DNA of 64,000 nt from Hormiphora californensis (lineage: Eukaryota; Animalia; Ctenophora). Position numbers and translations under genes: made by a program. The stretch is from contig CM035358.1 in NCBI GenBank assembly GCA_020137815.1, positions 4,278,001 to 4,342,000 on the forward strand, read 5' to 3'. Position 1 is the stretch's first letter. Every line of letters begins with the position of its first letter. This document shows positions 1 through 13,220 of this stretch, piece after piece. The notes under the pieces are model-generated. The model saw only the letters and a list, made by a program, of their open reading frames with translations. It searched no databases and had not been told where the DNA came from.

Positions 1-1
1 G

Positions 2-534
2 ACTCACTTTACGCAAGATTTAAAGGATCTTCTGAGGGCACTCCTTCAAGTAGACTTGACGAAGCGATACGGTAATCTAAAGAATGGTGTTTGGGATATT
101 AAACAGAACCGATGGATGCAGAGTATAGACTTTATTGCTGTTTACGAGCGAAAGGTAGGTCATGACTGTTATTATTTCAGAATTTATCGTGTCACTTGGG
201 GCAGTGAGAACTTGATTTGATTCCGAATTATGGTTTTAAACATAATTTTTGGAACGCATGGCCAAACTTAATCTCCTGTTTTGTTTGTAATTCGAACACT
301 ATCCTGGGACTATCGTTCCGGTTCAATCTAAATTTAGATCCAATTAATTATCCCTTCATATCTGATAACCTCCTTTGACAATGGAAATCTTGCTATTTTC
401 AATTTCGGTTATTCTCGAGACTTGAAGTATCTGAATCAAGCTTCAATCACTTCCCCACTGACCACCTAACTTTTAAATTTCTCTACCTCCCTTTCTCTAA
501 CTCTGTCTCTATCTCCCTCACTATTTCTCGTTTC

Positions 535-608
<74 letters not shown>

Positions 609-1092
609 TTCTTCCTCTCACTATTTCTCGCTCGCTTTTCTGTCACTCACCTTTCGTAGAAGATTTTATCGTTTAACTACCACCTTGCAGAATAGAAATC
701 TCGCTTCCCTATTGTTCTTTTTAATATCGATTAGCTACATAACTAACTGTCACACCTCTCCCGATTGAACTCCTTCCCCTTCGTTCAACCATTCAGTCCC
801 CTCCAACGAACTGAAACATTAATATCTCATAATGGGGAGACATTACGACCCCCCCCCCCCCCTTCGGAAGGGGCCTTCCCCAGTAATATCTCATAATAGG
901 GAGACATTACGAACCCCCCCCCCCCTTCCCCAGTAATACTCAACTAACCACACCTTGTTCCCACAGGTTGACGCTGCCTTCATCCCCAAATCTCGAGGAC
1001 CCGGTGATGCCAGTAACTTTGATGATTACGAAGAAGAGCCTCTCCGGATATCCGCTAACGAGAAATGCGTGAAGGAGTTTGCGGATTTCTAA
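2..1092 (+). CDS. PRKAC: cAMP-dependent protein kinase catalytic subunit, last two exons (2..154, 967..1092); 5' part lies outside the window
   Basis: Spliced translation [34 protein letters not shown]...VYERK|[41 protein letters not shown] matches the PKA-C C-tail (FDDY and FxxF motifs); GT-AG intron 155..966. Confidence 0.96.
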
Positions 1093-1246
1093 CTGTGGAT
1101 ATCCTGATATTACTATAAATATATTGTGGAGTGTGTGTCCCCCTCTCTTCTTCTTCTGTATCTGTGTGTGGAGAAATTGTCTGTGTGTGTTTGTTGCGTT
1201 CCCCTCCCAAGCTATTATATACTACAGCAGTTGTGGTAAAATGGAA

Positions 1247-1279
<33 letters not shown>

Positions 1280-1690
1280 AGGATGAATTGTGTGTTTGTG
1301 CAATACAATATATTATGGACAAATGTGTTGTTTTTTTCTGAGACGCAGCAATATGATATGTATTATTCCGCACAATACCTAACAAGTTGACCTTGAGAGA
1401 AAATGAAGAAGTACAACGTGTGTCCTGAGCAGTGTATGATACCTAAAACTATATGTTCTCAAATTCATAAGTATCATACGGATAGATAGAGAGAGAGAGA
1501 GAGACCGGCATGATAATGTATCCCGCTTAGTATAAATACATTTAAATGGAAATTTGCATCATTATATATATAATACACGACGAGAAAGAGTAATATGGGG
1601 TTATATTATACAATTATATAGACACGCGCTTTGTGTGTACCTTTCTTGTTTGTATGTTGTGTATACCTTATGTTATTTGCTAGAGAGAGA

Positions 1691-1740
<50 letters not shown>

Positions 1741-1917
1741 GAGAGAGAGAGAGAGATGAAAAGAGCATTACAATTTTATTGACATTCATTGATATGGTGT
1801 ATGCGTAGACAGAGCGAAAACAGAAAACTGGCATTAGGGAGAGAAAACGATGTATTGCTTGAGTGAAATAGAGAGATCAAGACCGAGAGAGATGTTGTTT
1901 TTCATTACCACTATAAC

Positions 1918-2026
1918 TAGGAACCGACCGAATCAGGAAATACTGGTCCCTGATTGGCTGATAACCAGTCACGTGACCTAAATAACGAGTTCTGATTGGT
2001 TGTTTACTTCTTTCGGTCGGTTCCTG
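1918..2026. mobile_element. hAT-type MITE, copy 1 (109 bp)
   Basis: TIR AGGAACCGACCGAA...TTCGGTCGGTTCCT, 8-bp TSD ACTATAAC; further copies at 22210 and 55616. Confidence 0.88.
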
Positions 2027-4027
2027 ACTATAACAGTGCTCTCTCACACACCAGTAGTTGGTGATGTGTTTGTGTTAGCTGGCACAACCACACATTTAAA
2101 TTCTCTCTGTGTACTACTCTAATTATCGCACATGTATACTAAATTATGCACACGTGTCTAATAGCTGAGGATGAATGGAGAGTCAGTCAGAACTGAGTTT
2201 TTAACGAAAAAAAGAGAGATGTTTATTTTTTGTCACACACTTTAAAATACTTTTTTGCTCCAAAAATAAGGACGGTCAATTTAGAGATTTTGTTCCAGTT
2301 CCCACATGGCACACATGTGTTTGCGGTGCAACAGCACAAACATGTGTTTACTATCTGAGGTGGGAGATTGGACAATGTGTTTCCTAGATATATCATTACA
2401 TACCCTGGTCCCTACCAAGAGGAAGATATTGAGGTGTCGGGTATTAAACATGCTAAACACAAGCAACAGTAGCCATCAAATGTGTGTTATTCTTGCTTTC
2501 TCACAGCTCCTGAGAGGATAGAGTCTTCATCTTCCTTCATCTTAGGAGGGTAGAAAGTAATCGAAATGACCTTCCTACCCTCCCAATTTGAAGTCTTATC
2601 TTGTCAGAAGCTAATGACTGCGAGAAAGCCTCAAGTGAGGGCTATTATTGCTCCCCCTTTATAATATAATCTGACTGTAAGAGAGATCGCCCCATAATTT
2701 TGTTATACCCTCATATTGCTGAAATTGTGTATTACTATTGTTAGTGTGTGTGTGTGCCCCCCTCTGACTATAACATAATAATAATACACACTATTTGGTC
2801 ACGTGTACACTGTCAACTGTTTTCAAAAAAATATCCGAGTTTTCTATTTGTACCCCCCCCCCCCCCCCTGGAATAAAGGCTGGATGAGGTTTTTCAATGC
2901 TGTCAAAGCAATTTGGATAAACTTCAAAAAACGCTGTCGGTGGCGCCAGAATCAAGGCTGACCTGTGTGGAGGCGCCGGCACGCACTGACAATCAAAACG
3001 GGGTCTGGCGCCGCCAGCTAACCCCTTATTATAACAGAGGCTGAGTCTGACAAGCGCAGCGGAATATTCATGGATATCCACATTTCTAATGATTGCGCGC
3101 CGTGATGTCCGCATTCGTGACATCGCGCGTTACAAAAACTAATAATTTTCACCCAGCCCCGCCGCATGTGGGACTGAATCGTGAATGAACAGAAGACCTT
3201 GCTCCCGAATCCCGATGGCAATCTCTGAATTGTTCGATCCTGGGCCTGAGCGGTTGTGGTGAAGTATTCTGATGTCACATGTGAAGAGAGCGGGGATGAT
3301 ATTGTCTACCTGTGTGTTACGTGATTGACTTGCACCCGTTAATCCGTGTCCGGTCCCCTTCGCTATTAAACTAGATCACCTGATCACACCCGTCACTCTG
3401 TCATGTGCGTTCTATAGAATTCTAATTCTGTAATTTGTTAATTGTTATTCAAATAGGATGGAAGTTTAAGCTGACAAGTAGTTTAGACTCTAAACTTTAG
3501 AGTAACACAAAACAACTTTTGTGTTTTGTGTTGTTCTACTCGGTTCTCCCTACTTTTCTTCACGTAGTCACTGTTCTACTAAACACACATCGTGTCCTAG
3601 GGTAGACCCCCCATGCTTGTTGAGTAACTCAACAAATCAGATCATGACTGCAGAAACACCCGGTATCCCGTGGTCAGAAGAATCTCCACCAACCAGCCCT
3701 ACGCCCTCGCCCACCAAGTTAGTACATCGCCCAGTGTGTGTTTTAGTTAGCTGTCCTCGGAGAGAGAAAATGAGAAAAATACTAAAATAGGTGTAGCTGT
3801 TATACGTGCTCCGAATCTCACTTTGACTGTCAAAGTCACTTCACACACCTTGTTCAGCCCTTGGTGACATAGACACCTGGCGCGACCGAGATTGAGCTCA
3901 TACACACCTGTGTGCGGGGGTCGCGCCAGGTGTCTATGTCATTGTCACCTTGTTCAGCCCAATGCTCTGACAGCTTCACACCCAGGTATAGAGGTACCCA
4001 GGTATCTACCCAGGTAAAGAGAATTAC

Positions 4028-4116
4028 TTTAATTCTCTCGTTTAATTCTCTCGTTTAATTCTCTCGTTTAATTCTCTCGTTTAATTCTCTCGTTTAATTC
4101 TCTCGTTTAATTCTCT
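4028..4116. repeat. 13-bp tandem repeat (TTTAATTCTCTCG)n, ~7 copies
   Basis: Read directly. Confidence 0.9.
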
Positions 4117-4238
4117 CCCTGCCCAGGTATACACCAGGATGTCTGACAGCCCGTAAGAACGGCTCACTAAGCCTCCGCCTGACCGAGCAAGATACAACCC
4201 CAGATCCTCTCTCCTCTGTTCTCACAGCCACCTCACCC

Positions 4239-4841
4239 ATGGATGAGTTTAGTCTGGAAGTATCCTTGAAGAGCAGGGAGACTCCTCAAAGAAAGGATCT
4301 GGACCACCTAATTGGGTGCATTACCCGGGAAATGGTGCAGGTGAAAAAGGAATCTGGCATCATGCCAAAATTCAGATGCTCCGGAACAAAATTTTCAGGG
4401 AGAACGATTGTATTTCGGTTTAATGACAGTGACTCGCTGGAATTTTACCGACGGGTTGTAACAGAAGCCCTCGCACCAACCCCGGACCACGGTGGTTTTT
4501 ATGTCCGGGGTGCTGGAGAACCGCCCCCATTCCGGAAGTACCGAGCCTGGATGCCTGGCGAAATGATGGATAGTCTGGGGTGTGTCCCTGAGCTCCTCTC
4601 GCTCGAGACAGACGGGAGGATATCAGAGCACACTATCAAAGTGATAGGACAGAGTCCATCAAACTCCAATGGAGTTGTGGTGTATTTTGAGGTGGCTGGA
4701 GTCGCTGAGGAGTGTATCAAGGAGTTTGGGAGTGGAGGGATCATGTGTGGTCCACATAGGATGAAATTCGCAATTGTCAGCACTAGTCCGGGAAGGAAAA
4801 CACCAACCACCCCGGTGAGAGTGACGTCACTTAATTATTAA
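4239..4841 (+). CDS. Intronless 200-aa ORF resembling DUF4780 / non-LTR retrotransposon ORF1
   Basis: Pattern PKFRCSG...IVFRFND..SLEF...PPFRKYRAWMP...VVVYFEV...GIMCGPHRMKF recalls DUF4780 by eye; short tandem repeats follow (TTAATTAC at ~4830-4890, ACTGAA at ~5174-5192). Confidence 0.5.
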   Translation: MDEFSLEVSLKSRETPQRKDLDHLIGCITREMVQVKKESGIMPKFRCSGTKFSGRTIVFRFNDSDSLEFYRRVVTEALAPTPDHGGFYVRGAGEPPPFRKYRAWMPGEMMDSLGCVPELLSLETDGRISEHTIKVIGQSPSNSNGVVVYFEVAGVAEECIKEFGSGGIMCGPHRMKFAIVSTSPGRKTPTTPVRVTSLNY

Positions 4842-5780
4842 TTAATTAATTACTTAATTAATTACTTAATTAATTACTTAATTAATTATCTATCGAAAAT
4901 CTTGCATGATGTCAAAGGTGATAGGATTTAGCGACAGAAGTTATTAATTAACTAATTGACCAACTAAACCCCGTTTACTAATTAACTAATTATCCATTTA
5001 ATCCCGCATTTCCCACAGTCACGCAGCCAGCCGTCTCCCAGCAGCTCATGTGATAACTGGAGGTCACCCACGTCAACCAGCCCTATCTTTAGCAGCTCCC
5101 TACTACAAACAGTGGTTGAGAGACCTCCCTCTCCCGCTGCTGTGTCTGATATGAGGAGAAACTCAATACCGTAAACTGAAACTGAAACTGAAACCCAACT
5201 ATACTATAGACCCCTGTTTACTAAACTGAAAGAAACTCCTAAACCTTTCCAAGCCACACACAAGTGTCATGGATAACCTAGCTGAGACCTCTCTTGACAA
5301 TTTTCTGTAAAACTCCTGTTCGTGAAGTGCTACTGAACTAATTACTAAAACGTGCAGTGATTTACATTTGGCACGGAAATGAGTTCCAATAAAGAGCGGT
5401 GTACAAGATATAATGGGGTCAGGATGGAAATGGAAGGTGAAATTGATTTCATTGTGCAACAATTATGTGGTTTTTGTATAGTTCGAAGTGTATAATATCC
5501 AAGGATTTTTACAAGTTGTAGTATTTTTATTTGAAAACTATAAGTATAATTGTAGATGAATGAATGAAGTGCATAATGCTCTAAAAATTAGAGGATAGAT
5601 AATACTACAATCTAAGTACATACCAAAATTTTGATTTTAGTCCATTTGCAGTCAAACTGATGAGCCAGGTGTAACAAATGACATGAAAAAAGGTGAGATT
5701 TCTCGCTGGCAGAGCTAGAGAATGGTTCGTTTGAATATCGCAGATACGACACAGTAAGATACGGACAGTATGAGGAAGGA

Positions 5781-5955
<175 letters not shown>

Positions 5956-6115
5956 TGCACTCATCCGCAGCTGCTGCATAGTCAACATGTCATTGGCGGC
6001 AGTTTTTTGAGCTGCAGTCTCTTCTTTGATCGATTTTCTCTTTCTTGCACCTGTATTTTGCATTTTGTTCGTAGGTCCATCGACATATTAATATGATGAA
6101 AGCTGTTTGGTCGAC

Positions 6116-7370
6116 ATGAAAACTTTATGGGTGCTGTCTCTTCTTTTCACCTGTCAATCCGATGAAGGTACAACTCACAACTGTTTCCACTGTGTTTAGT
6201 GTGATGTAATGTGCTTAATTTTGTTCTTGATTTGGGCACGTACCTTCAGGACCCCACTCAGAATGTGTGAGGGGGGGGGGAGGGGCGAACCTCACGCTAG
6301 AATTTTACAGGGGTGCAACGTCCTAAAATTCACTGAGTTGTATACAGTTGTGTTACAGAGAGAACAGTGAGCACAGCTTGAACATCTGCTACTCCCAATA
6401 TATTTGGCATACACTGCAGGCCCCTCTAATGGCCCCGCACGTGAGTGGACTTCTGTGCATGTCACAACTCCAATATATTTTCAGTGTATAAAGATGTCGA
6501 AAGAGGGAAGTTTGTGAAATGGGATCTTGAATTGGAGCCCCTGATTATAAATATAACACCCGATGGTCAATCTCGGATGGTGGATGTTATATTTATCCAC
6601 AATTCGGGAGCATTTTACACCGTGAAACTTGATTTCACTTCTTCTGGCAGTGTCGCACTAACAGTTGACCAGTGCAATAGACTATCTGGGAACCCGTATC
6701 GAGATATTACCGTGGTTGAGTTTCACAAAACAGAGAAAGAATTTAGAATCGTACTATCAGGCTTGGATATCTTTCGTTTAACCTTTTCCGCTGACACTGG
6801 TTCGTGTGAAACAGTTTGGAGCGGAGATGTAGTTACTGGAGTGGTATTTCAGGCAGCTGATTCTGCTTCAGTGGCCTATAAAGCAGGTATAATACTAATA
6901 CAAAACCTCGATTTACCATGCACCTCGAATCGAGGTCTTCGATTTACCGTACGAAAAAGCCGATACCATTTCCCTCGAGGAGTAGGTACTGTAAATCAAA
7001 GGTTAAACTGTATAGAAAACCTTCCTCACTCCGACACATATATCGCCTAGATTTAAATGCCAATTCTTAAAACCCCTCTGGATCAGCTGTATAGGGCTGA
7101 TGACACCGTCCGTGGTAGAGACATGTTGAGGGGGTGATCCCTGTATTGATCTCACGTCAACATCTTAAAAACCTCCCATTTGTTTTTCAGTGAACTGCAG
7201 TGCGATTACAGTGGTGCATTCCAACATCACCAGCATGGCAGCAGGGCCAGGGGAGACCCTGACAGTGGGTTGTGAGCAGGGGTATACTCTGATTGGTGCA
7301 GCTACTTTGACCTGCGACGTAGACCAGCTGATATGGTCGGACAGTGAGCCACAGTGTGTCATGGCTACAG
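6116..7370 (+). CDS. Secreted protein with an unclassified ~135-aa beta-rich domain plus a Sushi/CCP domain (exons 6116..6167, 6485..6886, 7191..7370; 3' end unresolved)
   Basis: Signal peptide MKTLWVLSLLFTCQS; phase-1 GT-AG introns; third exon C...GETLTVGCEQGYTLIGAATLTC...WSDSEPQC is a canonical CCP module. Confidence 0.75.
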
Positions 7371-8072
7371 GTGAGTAGCACGTCACATATACGGCGGTTA
7401 GTTATATTCTGTGAGCTCAACTCCTTATTCTGTTATTGTTGTATGGGGAATTATAGTAAGTGAAATCGCTTTTATTTTGTCCATGACACTTTTACTCATT
7501 GGCAATTGAAAGGAGGCTCGTTTTCCATTACCAGTGATGGTGAGCGTTCTGTGTCCTTGTGTTGTTTTCAGTAATCAAAACACAAATAGTTAGGGATCAT
7601 ACAATGCTTTCACCTCTCTCTGCTGTACAATATAATCAAACCAAGATATCCAAACCGCATATTAGGGTAAACTGCTCGTTCTGTTCTACATGACGTCACA
7701 GAGCTCCAGTCTAGTTCGGAGGGTAACAGTGGACTACCCACTGATTACCACACACCAAATAATCACATTGGGTAATCTGCCTGTGAGATGAAGTAGCTGA
7801 TTTGAAGGTTCCGTCGACGCTGTATGGCGGCGCCCATACCCCAATTTGATTCTCGGAGTGTACCCCTTCTCGACAGTGCGCTCAGGGCGGGGAGGGAGGG
7901 GCAAGGCCTTAGGCCAGTCTGTTTTATTACAGCCAAAATTGCTTTCGAAACCAAATCCACCTGCACCTTTGTTTCAGACAAATAAGATAAACAACTAGAT
8001 GAAATACATAGTTTAAATGGTTTTGGAAAACTTTAAATATATTCAGTTCTCTTTTCCGGGTCCTCTTCGCGG

Positions 8073-9802
8073 CTAGAAGCAGCTTATCCATAGAGCCTCC
8101 TCAGGGTCACGTTGGTGGGAGTTTTGTGAAACCACAATATCTCTGCAATCATCAATAGTAACTCCGGCTCCGCACCCACAGTCCATGCTAGTTATTGGTA
8201 GGAACCTGATATCATTTCCAATAATGTAACCACATGAGAGACCTTTCCCCTCACGCTCCTCCAGTTCTCCGATGCCTCTGTAGTCGGAGTAGGTCATGGA
8301 TGACCGGGTATCCAAGATGGTACGGCACATGGCCTGGGTGTTGCAGTAGGGGTTCCTCTGTATGGCACCGATGGGTACCAGACCGGTCAGGAAGATGCCA
8401 TTCTCACGATTGTAGAGGGTTCCAACTGTCGTCCCAAAGTCACCATCCCAGATGACGTCTTCTGCTTTGTGGCCTCCTCCAGGGTTCCTTGCCAGCGCCA
8501 TGTGAACCAACCTCCAGATGGAAGAAGGAGGGATGTCGTCAGTGCATGTTAGCTGAAGGGCACTGTCTGAGTCACAGTCATCGCTTGTAGCAGAGCCAGC
8601 AGAGCAGAATTCTTGTGACAAAACGTCACGGTCAAGGGGGCAGGTTACATTGTATAGGACCGGCTCGATGTCACTCTCCTTAATATACGAGCAGTCTAAT
8701 CGGTCATCGTGGGGGACTTCATAGTTGGTGGCGATTGCTTCGGCATACCGGAATCCCGCTGCTCTACAAATCAAGTCAGCGGTATGTTGGTCCACGTCTT
8801 TTCCACAGATCAGGCCTTTCTTCGATGTGTCCTGGTTTGTAAGGACGACGGTGCCTGTGGGTGAGTTTTCACCATGCCCCGTTTCTATGGTTACTATAGA
8901 GTTCCACGGACCTGGCTCTGGTGTTGGCTCTGTAGTTGGCGCTGGTGTTGGCAATGTAGTTGGTGCTGGTGTTGGAGAGTTAGTCTTGCAGTACAAAACT
9001 AAACCAACCTCCCATCTCGATCTCATTCCATTAACATATTGAAATGGAGTCGGAAAGGCGCATTCTGAGAAATCATGTGCATCCACATGACATTTTCCTC
9101 CATATCTAAATGTAAAGTTGCTACCGATGAAGGTTTCTGCTAGGCTAGCATTATGGTTGTCTTCATTTTCACCATAATCCTCTGCCCCAAGCGGATACCC
9201 TGCCTCTCTGCAGAAGAAATCCCTGGTGGCATTGGGTTGAAAGTAGCCAGCTTGGTTTGCCATAGCACTTTTAAGGAATCCATCAGTTCTTCTTTTCATG
9301 GTAAGTACCAGCGTCCCGTAACTGCCAGTTACTACTGCAGTTGTGCTGATATTTCTCTTGAGCTCCACTTTCTCTAGAGTCCACACAGGATTACATTTGA
9401 GTGCCACGGATTCGTCGATTGTGCAGTTCATTCCTGTATTGTAGGTACAGTCAACTAGACTGTTGCGTTTTCTGTACAGTTGGTAATTGTCAGGTTTCCA
9501 GGCGTTCTCCAAAACGAAGAGTCTCTGCTTAACTGGTATCTCTCCTCTAGCTCGTTGTAGGTGGTGAAGGTTCCACCATCTGGAAATCCTTTTTTTCGGC
9601 ACAGGAAATCTGCCTCATTTTCACTAAAGCCTTCCTCACAGACTCTACTGTACAATCTGGATTCCGTAGAATATATCCCAGGAACTCCAACATAGTTTCC
9701 AGAGTTTGATCCTTCTCTGTTATACAGGTTGATCGAATCAATTGTTACTGCTGTAATTGCTGCCCCGGAAATCAGGAACATCAACACGTAAAGCTTCATC
9801 AT
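8073..9802 (-). CDS. Intronless secreted protein with ~4 divergent SRCR-like domains and a PT-rich linker; 1-nt frameshift near 9463
   Basis: ORF 9455..9802 gives a signal peptide and VCEEGFSENEADFLCRKKGF; ORF 8073..9602 continues with SLVDC..., FFCREAGYP, ICGKDVDQHTADLICRAAGF. Adding one base at AACGCAACAGTCTAG joins them into ~576 aa. Confidence 0.75.
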
Positions 9803-10718
9803 GACTGTTTTAGGTTGGTAACTTATAGTAGCTACTTTTTATATGATTTGTACACCACGTGATATGTGCCAAGGTAATCCTTGAAAACAAAGAACGGTAT
9901 TGTAGTCAAAGCTTTAATTTCTAACTACAGCTGTCCTTTGAATAGATCTTGACAACTTTGATTGTCATCAAATAATGCGGGGGGGGGTTGTAAAACAAAG
10001 ACATATTGATGAGCTGCCGGGCAACAGCGGTGTCACATTGAATATAATATTCTGCTAGTAGAATGAATATATTCTATAAGTACAGGTGTTAAAGGGTCAA
10101 AGAAGTATTCCCGCCGGTCCTGTCTTGATTAAAATAATCTCAAAACACTAATAAATCATGTTGAAGTGATCACCGTGCATTTCTCAGCTCAGATGGGTTA
10201 GGCAGGTTGCCTGGCAAACATCCTTAGGAGCCGGATACTGGATACTTTTTATACAAGCTACCATCACACTGTCATGCCTTGATGCTCTAACCACGGTTCT
10301 CGTGCGCTCTGCATGCATAAAGAAATGAGAATAGGCTCAGGCTCTGACAGCCATTACAACATAACGGAACAGGTTATATTACCGGTTTACATTGTCTTAT
10401 TTTATAGCCACACTGTTGGAGATGGACAAAAATATATAATACCATTTGCGAGAGAAAAATATTTCAAAACATTGCACCACGCCCAATGCACATCTGGAAC
10501 CCTAATCCCCATTCCCCTCCCTATGATACTACTATCTACTGCCCTGATACTCTCTTACCCCCAACTAACCCCTACCCCCACTTGCTCTCACCCTCCTCTA
10601 TACATTAACCCCCAATCCCCCTTCTCCTACCCCCCCCCCCTTCTCTAATCCTTCATCCCCAACCCCTCCTTTCAGATTCTCCCGACAATGGTAGAGACAG
10701 TGTGGAACAGTTTTGCGT

Positions 10719-11817
10719 GGCAATTTCTCATTTGCCGCATACGGCGTCTAGACGGCGTCGCACCGCCGTCTAGACGGTGTCTAGACGGTATACCGTCTGG
10801 ACGGGTTTCGATGAAATCAGCTAAAAACGGTACCGAAATTGCTTGAGACGGGTTATAGACGGTATCAGACGGTCTCTAGACGGGTTATAGACGGTATCAG
10901 TCGGTGTTGCGACGGTATCAGACGGTCTCTAGACGGTATCCGTCCGAAGTTGAGACGGCACGTCTGAAAATTGTACCAGACGTTGAGACGGACTTTTAGA
11001 TCTCCGTCTGTATTTCAGACGGAGTTTTAAAAGTACGTTTAAACGCAGTCTAAAGGAAAATCGATGAAAGTACCGTCTAAACAACGTCTCAACTGAAACC
11101 GGTCAACATACAGTCTAAACAACGTCTAAACAGAATCTCGCGATTCAGTTTCAAATACCGTCTAGACAACTTCTCCAGCCATTTCGATACGAATACCGTC
11201 TAAACAACGTCTAGACAACGTCTCAAATAACGATGTCTAGACTCGACCGTTTTCGAAGACCATTCTGGATTACCCATGCCAGTTGGAATTAGTGGTAGAC
11301 GTGTATCGGATTCGCTTAAGACGTTGTCTAGACGTTGTTTAGACGGTATTCGTATCGAAATTGCTGGAGAAGTTGTCTAGACGGTATTTGAAACTGAATC
11401 GCGAGATTCTGATTAGACGTTGTTTAGACGGTATGTTGACCGGTTTCAGTTGAGACGTTGTTTAGACGGTACTTTCATCGATTTTCCTTTAGACTGCGTT
11501 TAAACGTACTTTTAAAACTCCGTCTGAAACAGACGGAGTTCTAAAAGTCCGTCTCAACGTCTGGTACAATTTTCAGACGTGCCGTCTCAACTTCGGACGG
11601 ATACCGTCTAGAGACCGTCCAGACACCGTCCAGACACCGTCTAGAGACTAGACACCGGCACGGTACCGTCTAGAGACCGTCTGATACCGTCTATAACCCG
11701 TCTCAAGCAATTTCGGTACCGTTTTTAGCTGATTTCATCGAAACCCGTCCAGACGGTAAACCGTCTAGACCGGTGCGACGCCGTCTAGACGCCGTATGCG
11801 GCAAATGAGAAATTGCC
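10719..11817. mobile_element. Foldback (Mutator-like) non-autonomous element with ~500-bp inverted arms
   Basis: GGCAATTTCTCATTTGCCGCATACGG... mirrored at the right end; arms rich in TCTAGACGG subrepeats; 11-bp flanking duplication CAGTTTTGCGT / CAGTTGTGCGT. Confidence 0.85.
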
Positions 11818-12003
11818 CAGTTGTGCGTGGTGGACCACTGGTGGTGGCTGAGAGGGTTTTTGAAATTTTTGGCTAATTCGGTCACAGTTGTCCCAATTCA
11901 CCAAAAATTTTAAAAGCGGTGAATTTGACTCGATATGGATAGATGACACCTCGAGAGATGTATCAGTAAATAAGTTACCCACTTACAAATGAAACTTCGA
12001 ACT

Positions 12004-12542
12004 AAGGAACCATAATAAAGTTCAAGAGCCTCCAAGAGCACCCAAGAGCGCACCCGATCGAAGAGAGACCACACCTGAGAGCGTACCACACCCAAAAGAG
12101 ACCACATCCAAGAGCGCACCACCTCCAGAAGACACCACTTGAAGAGCGCACCACATCAAAGAGAGCTCCCCATCCAGAAGATACCACGCGCAGGGGACAC
12201 CACACGCAGAAGAGACCAGCGCGGCGTTGTATTTGCGCGTGCGGTCTCTTCTGCGCGTGGTGTCCCCTGCGCGCGGTAAAGTCCATTTTTATTCAACTGT
12301 TCACCCTCCAACTCGTGCGCGTGCAATATTTTAATTTACGCTGCGCGCGCTACACGTTAACATGTGATAGACGCGCAAAACAATTCCGCGCACGACTTTG
12401 GGGGGTGAACAGTTGAAAAAAAATGGAGTATATCTTCTGGATGGGGAGCTCTCTTTGATGTGGTGCGCTCTTGGAGTGGTGTCTTTTGGAGGTGGTGCGC
12501 TCTTGGATGGGGTGCGCTCTTGAACTTTATTATGGTTCCTTC
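12004..12542. mobile_element. MITE-like element with TIRs and nested internal palindromes
   Basis: AAGGAACCATAATAAAGTTCAAGAGC ... GCTCTTGAACTTTATTATGGTTCCTT; inner inverted repeats at ~12188-12272 and ~12282-12427. Confidence 0.75.
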
Positions 12543-12595
12543 TTCAGTGTGTGTCGCGAGGTTGAGATTTGAACGAGCGCGCCTAAAAAAAGTGT

Positions 12596-12739
12596 TAGTG
12601 GAAGCTCTTACGGTATTCCCACGACCATGGGAAAAGAAAGATAAATAGAAATACTAAGAGAGAGAAATTTCTCTCTCTTAGTATTTCTATCTATCTTTCT
12701 TTTCCCACGGTCGTGGGAATACCGTAAGAGCTTCCACTA
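12596..12739. repeat. Near-perfect 144-bp spacerless palindrome (probable MITE)
   Basis: TAGTGGAAGCTCTTACGGTATTCCCACGACC...GAGAAA|TTTCTC...GGTCGTGGGAATACCGTAAGAGCTTCCACTA. Confidence 0.9.
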
Positions 12740-13220
12740 TGTGTCTCGCCCCAAAGGGTGAAAGTCACGTGACAGTTTGGCGCCATTTCGCGCGCTAATC
12801 ACTGTACTTGCGTCATCAATGAAACGGGAAAACTAGCGATCGCTCGAGTCCGCACGATCATTTAGGGGGTCTACATGTGACTTTCTTTTACAACATTCAA
12901 AAGCGGGTTTTTTCACGGTAATTGTCAATCAATTTTATCAGCAACATTTAATACGTACACAAATTATTGGCTAAAATTAGCTGTAGATGTCAAAATCTTG
13001 TCAGTTTGTCAATAAACTACATAAAATGCTTTATCAAGTAGTAAAATTGTATCACTCTTCAACTTCAACTTCAACTTGAGTCACTCGTTATGTTTTAACA
13101 ATCTCAAAGTCAATAATTTTCTTAAGATTACTCAAAGTGTACTTTTTGTCAAATACTACAAACTGTAGAGTTTAAGAAGACTATGGTTAATGGTACCGTC
13201 CCGGCCAGTTAACAACTTCA

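Noticed and set aside
7560-7775. Candidate last exons of the Sushi gene (acceptors near 7571 and 7701)
   Set aside because: Both give short unremarkable peptides; cannot choose without transcripts.
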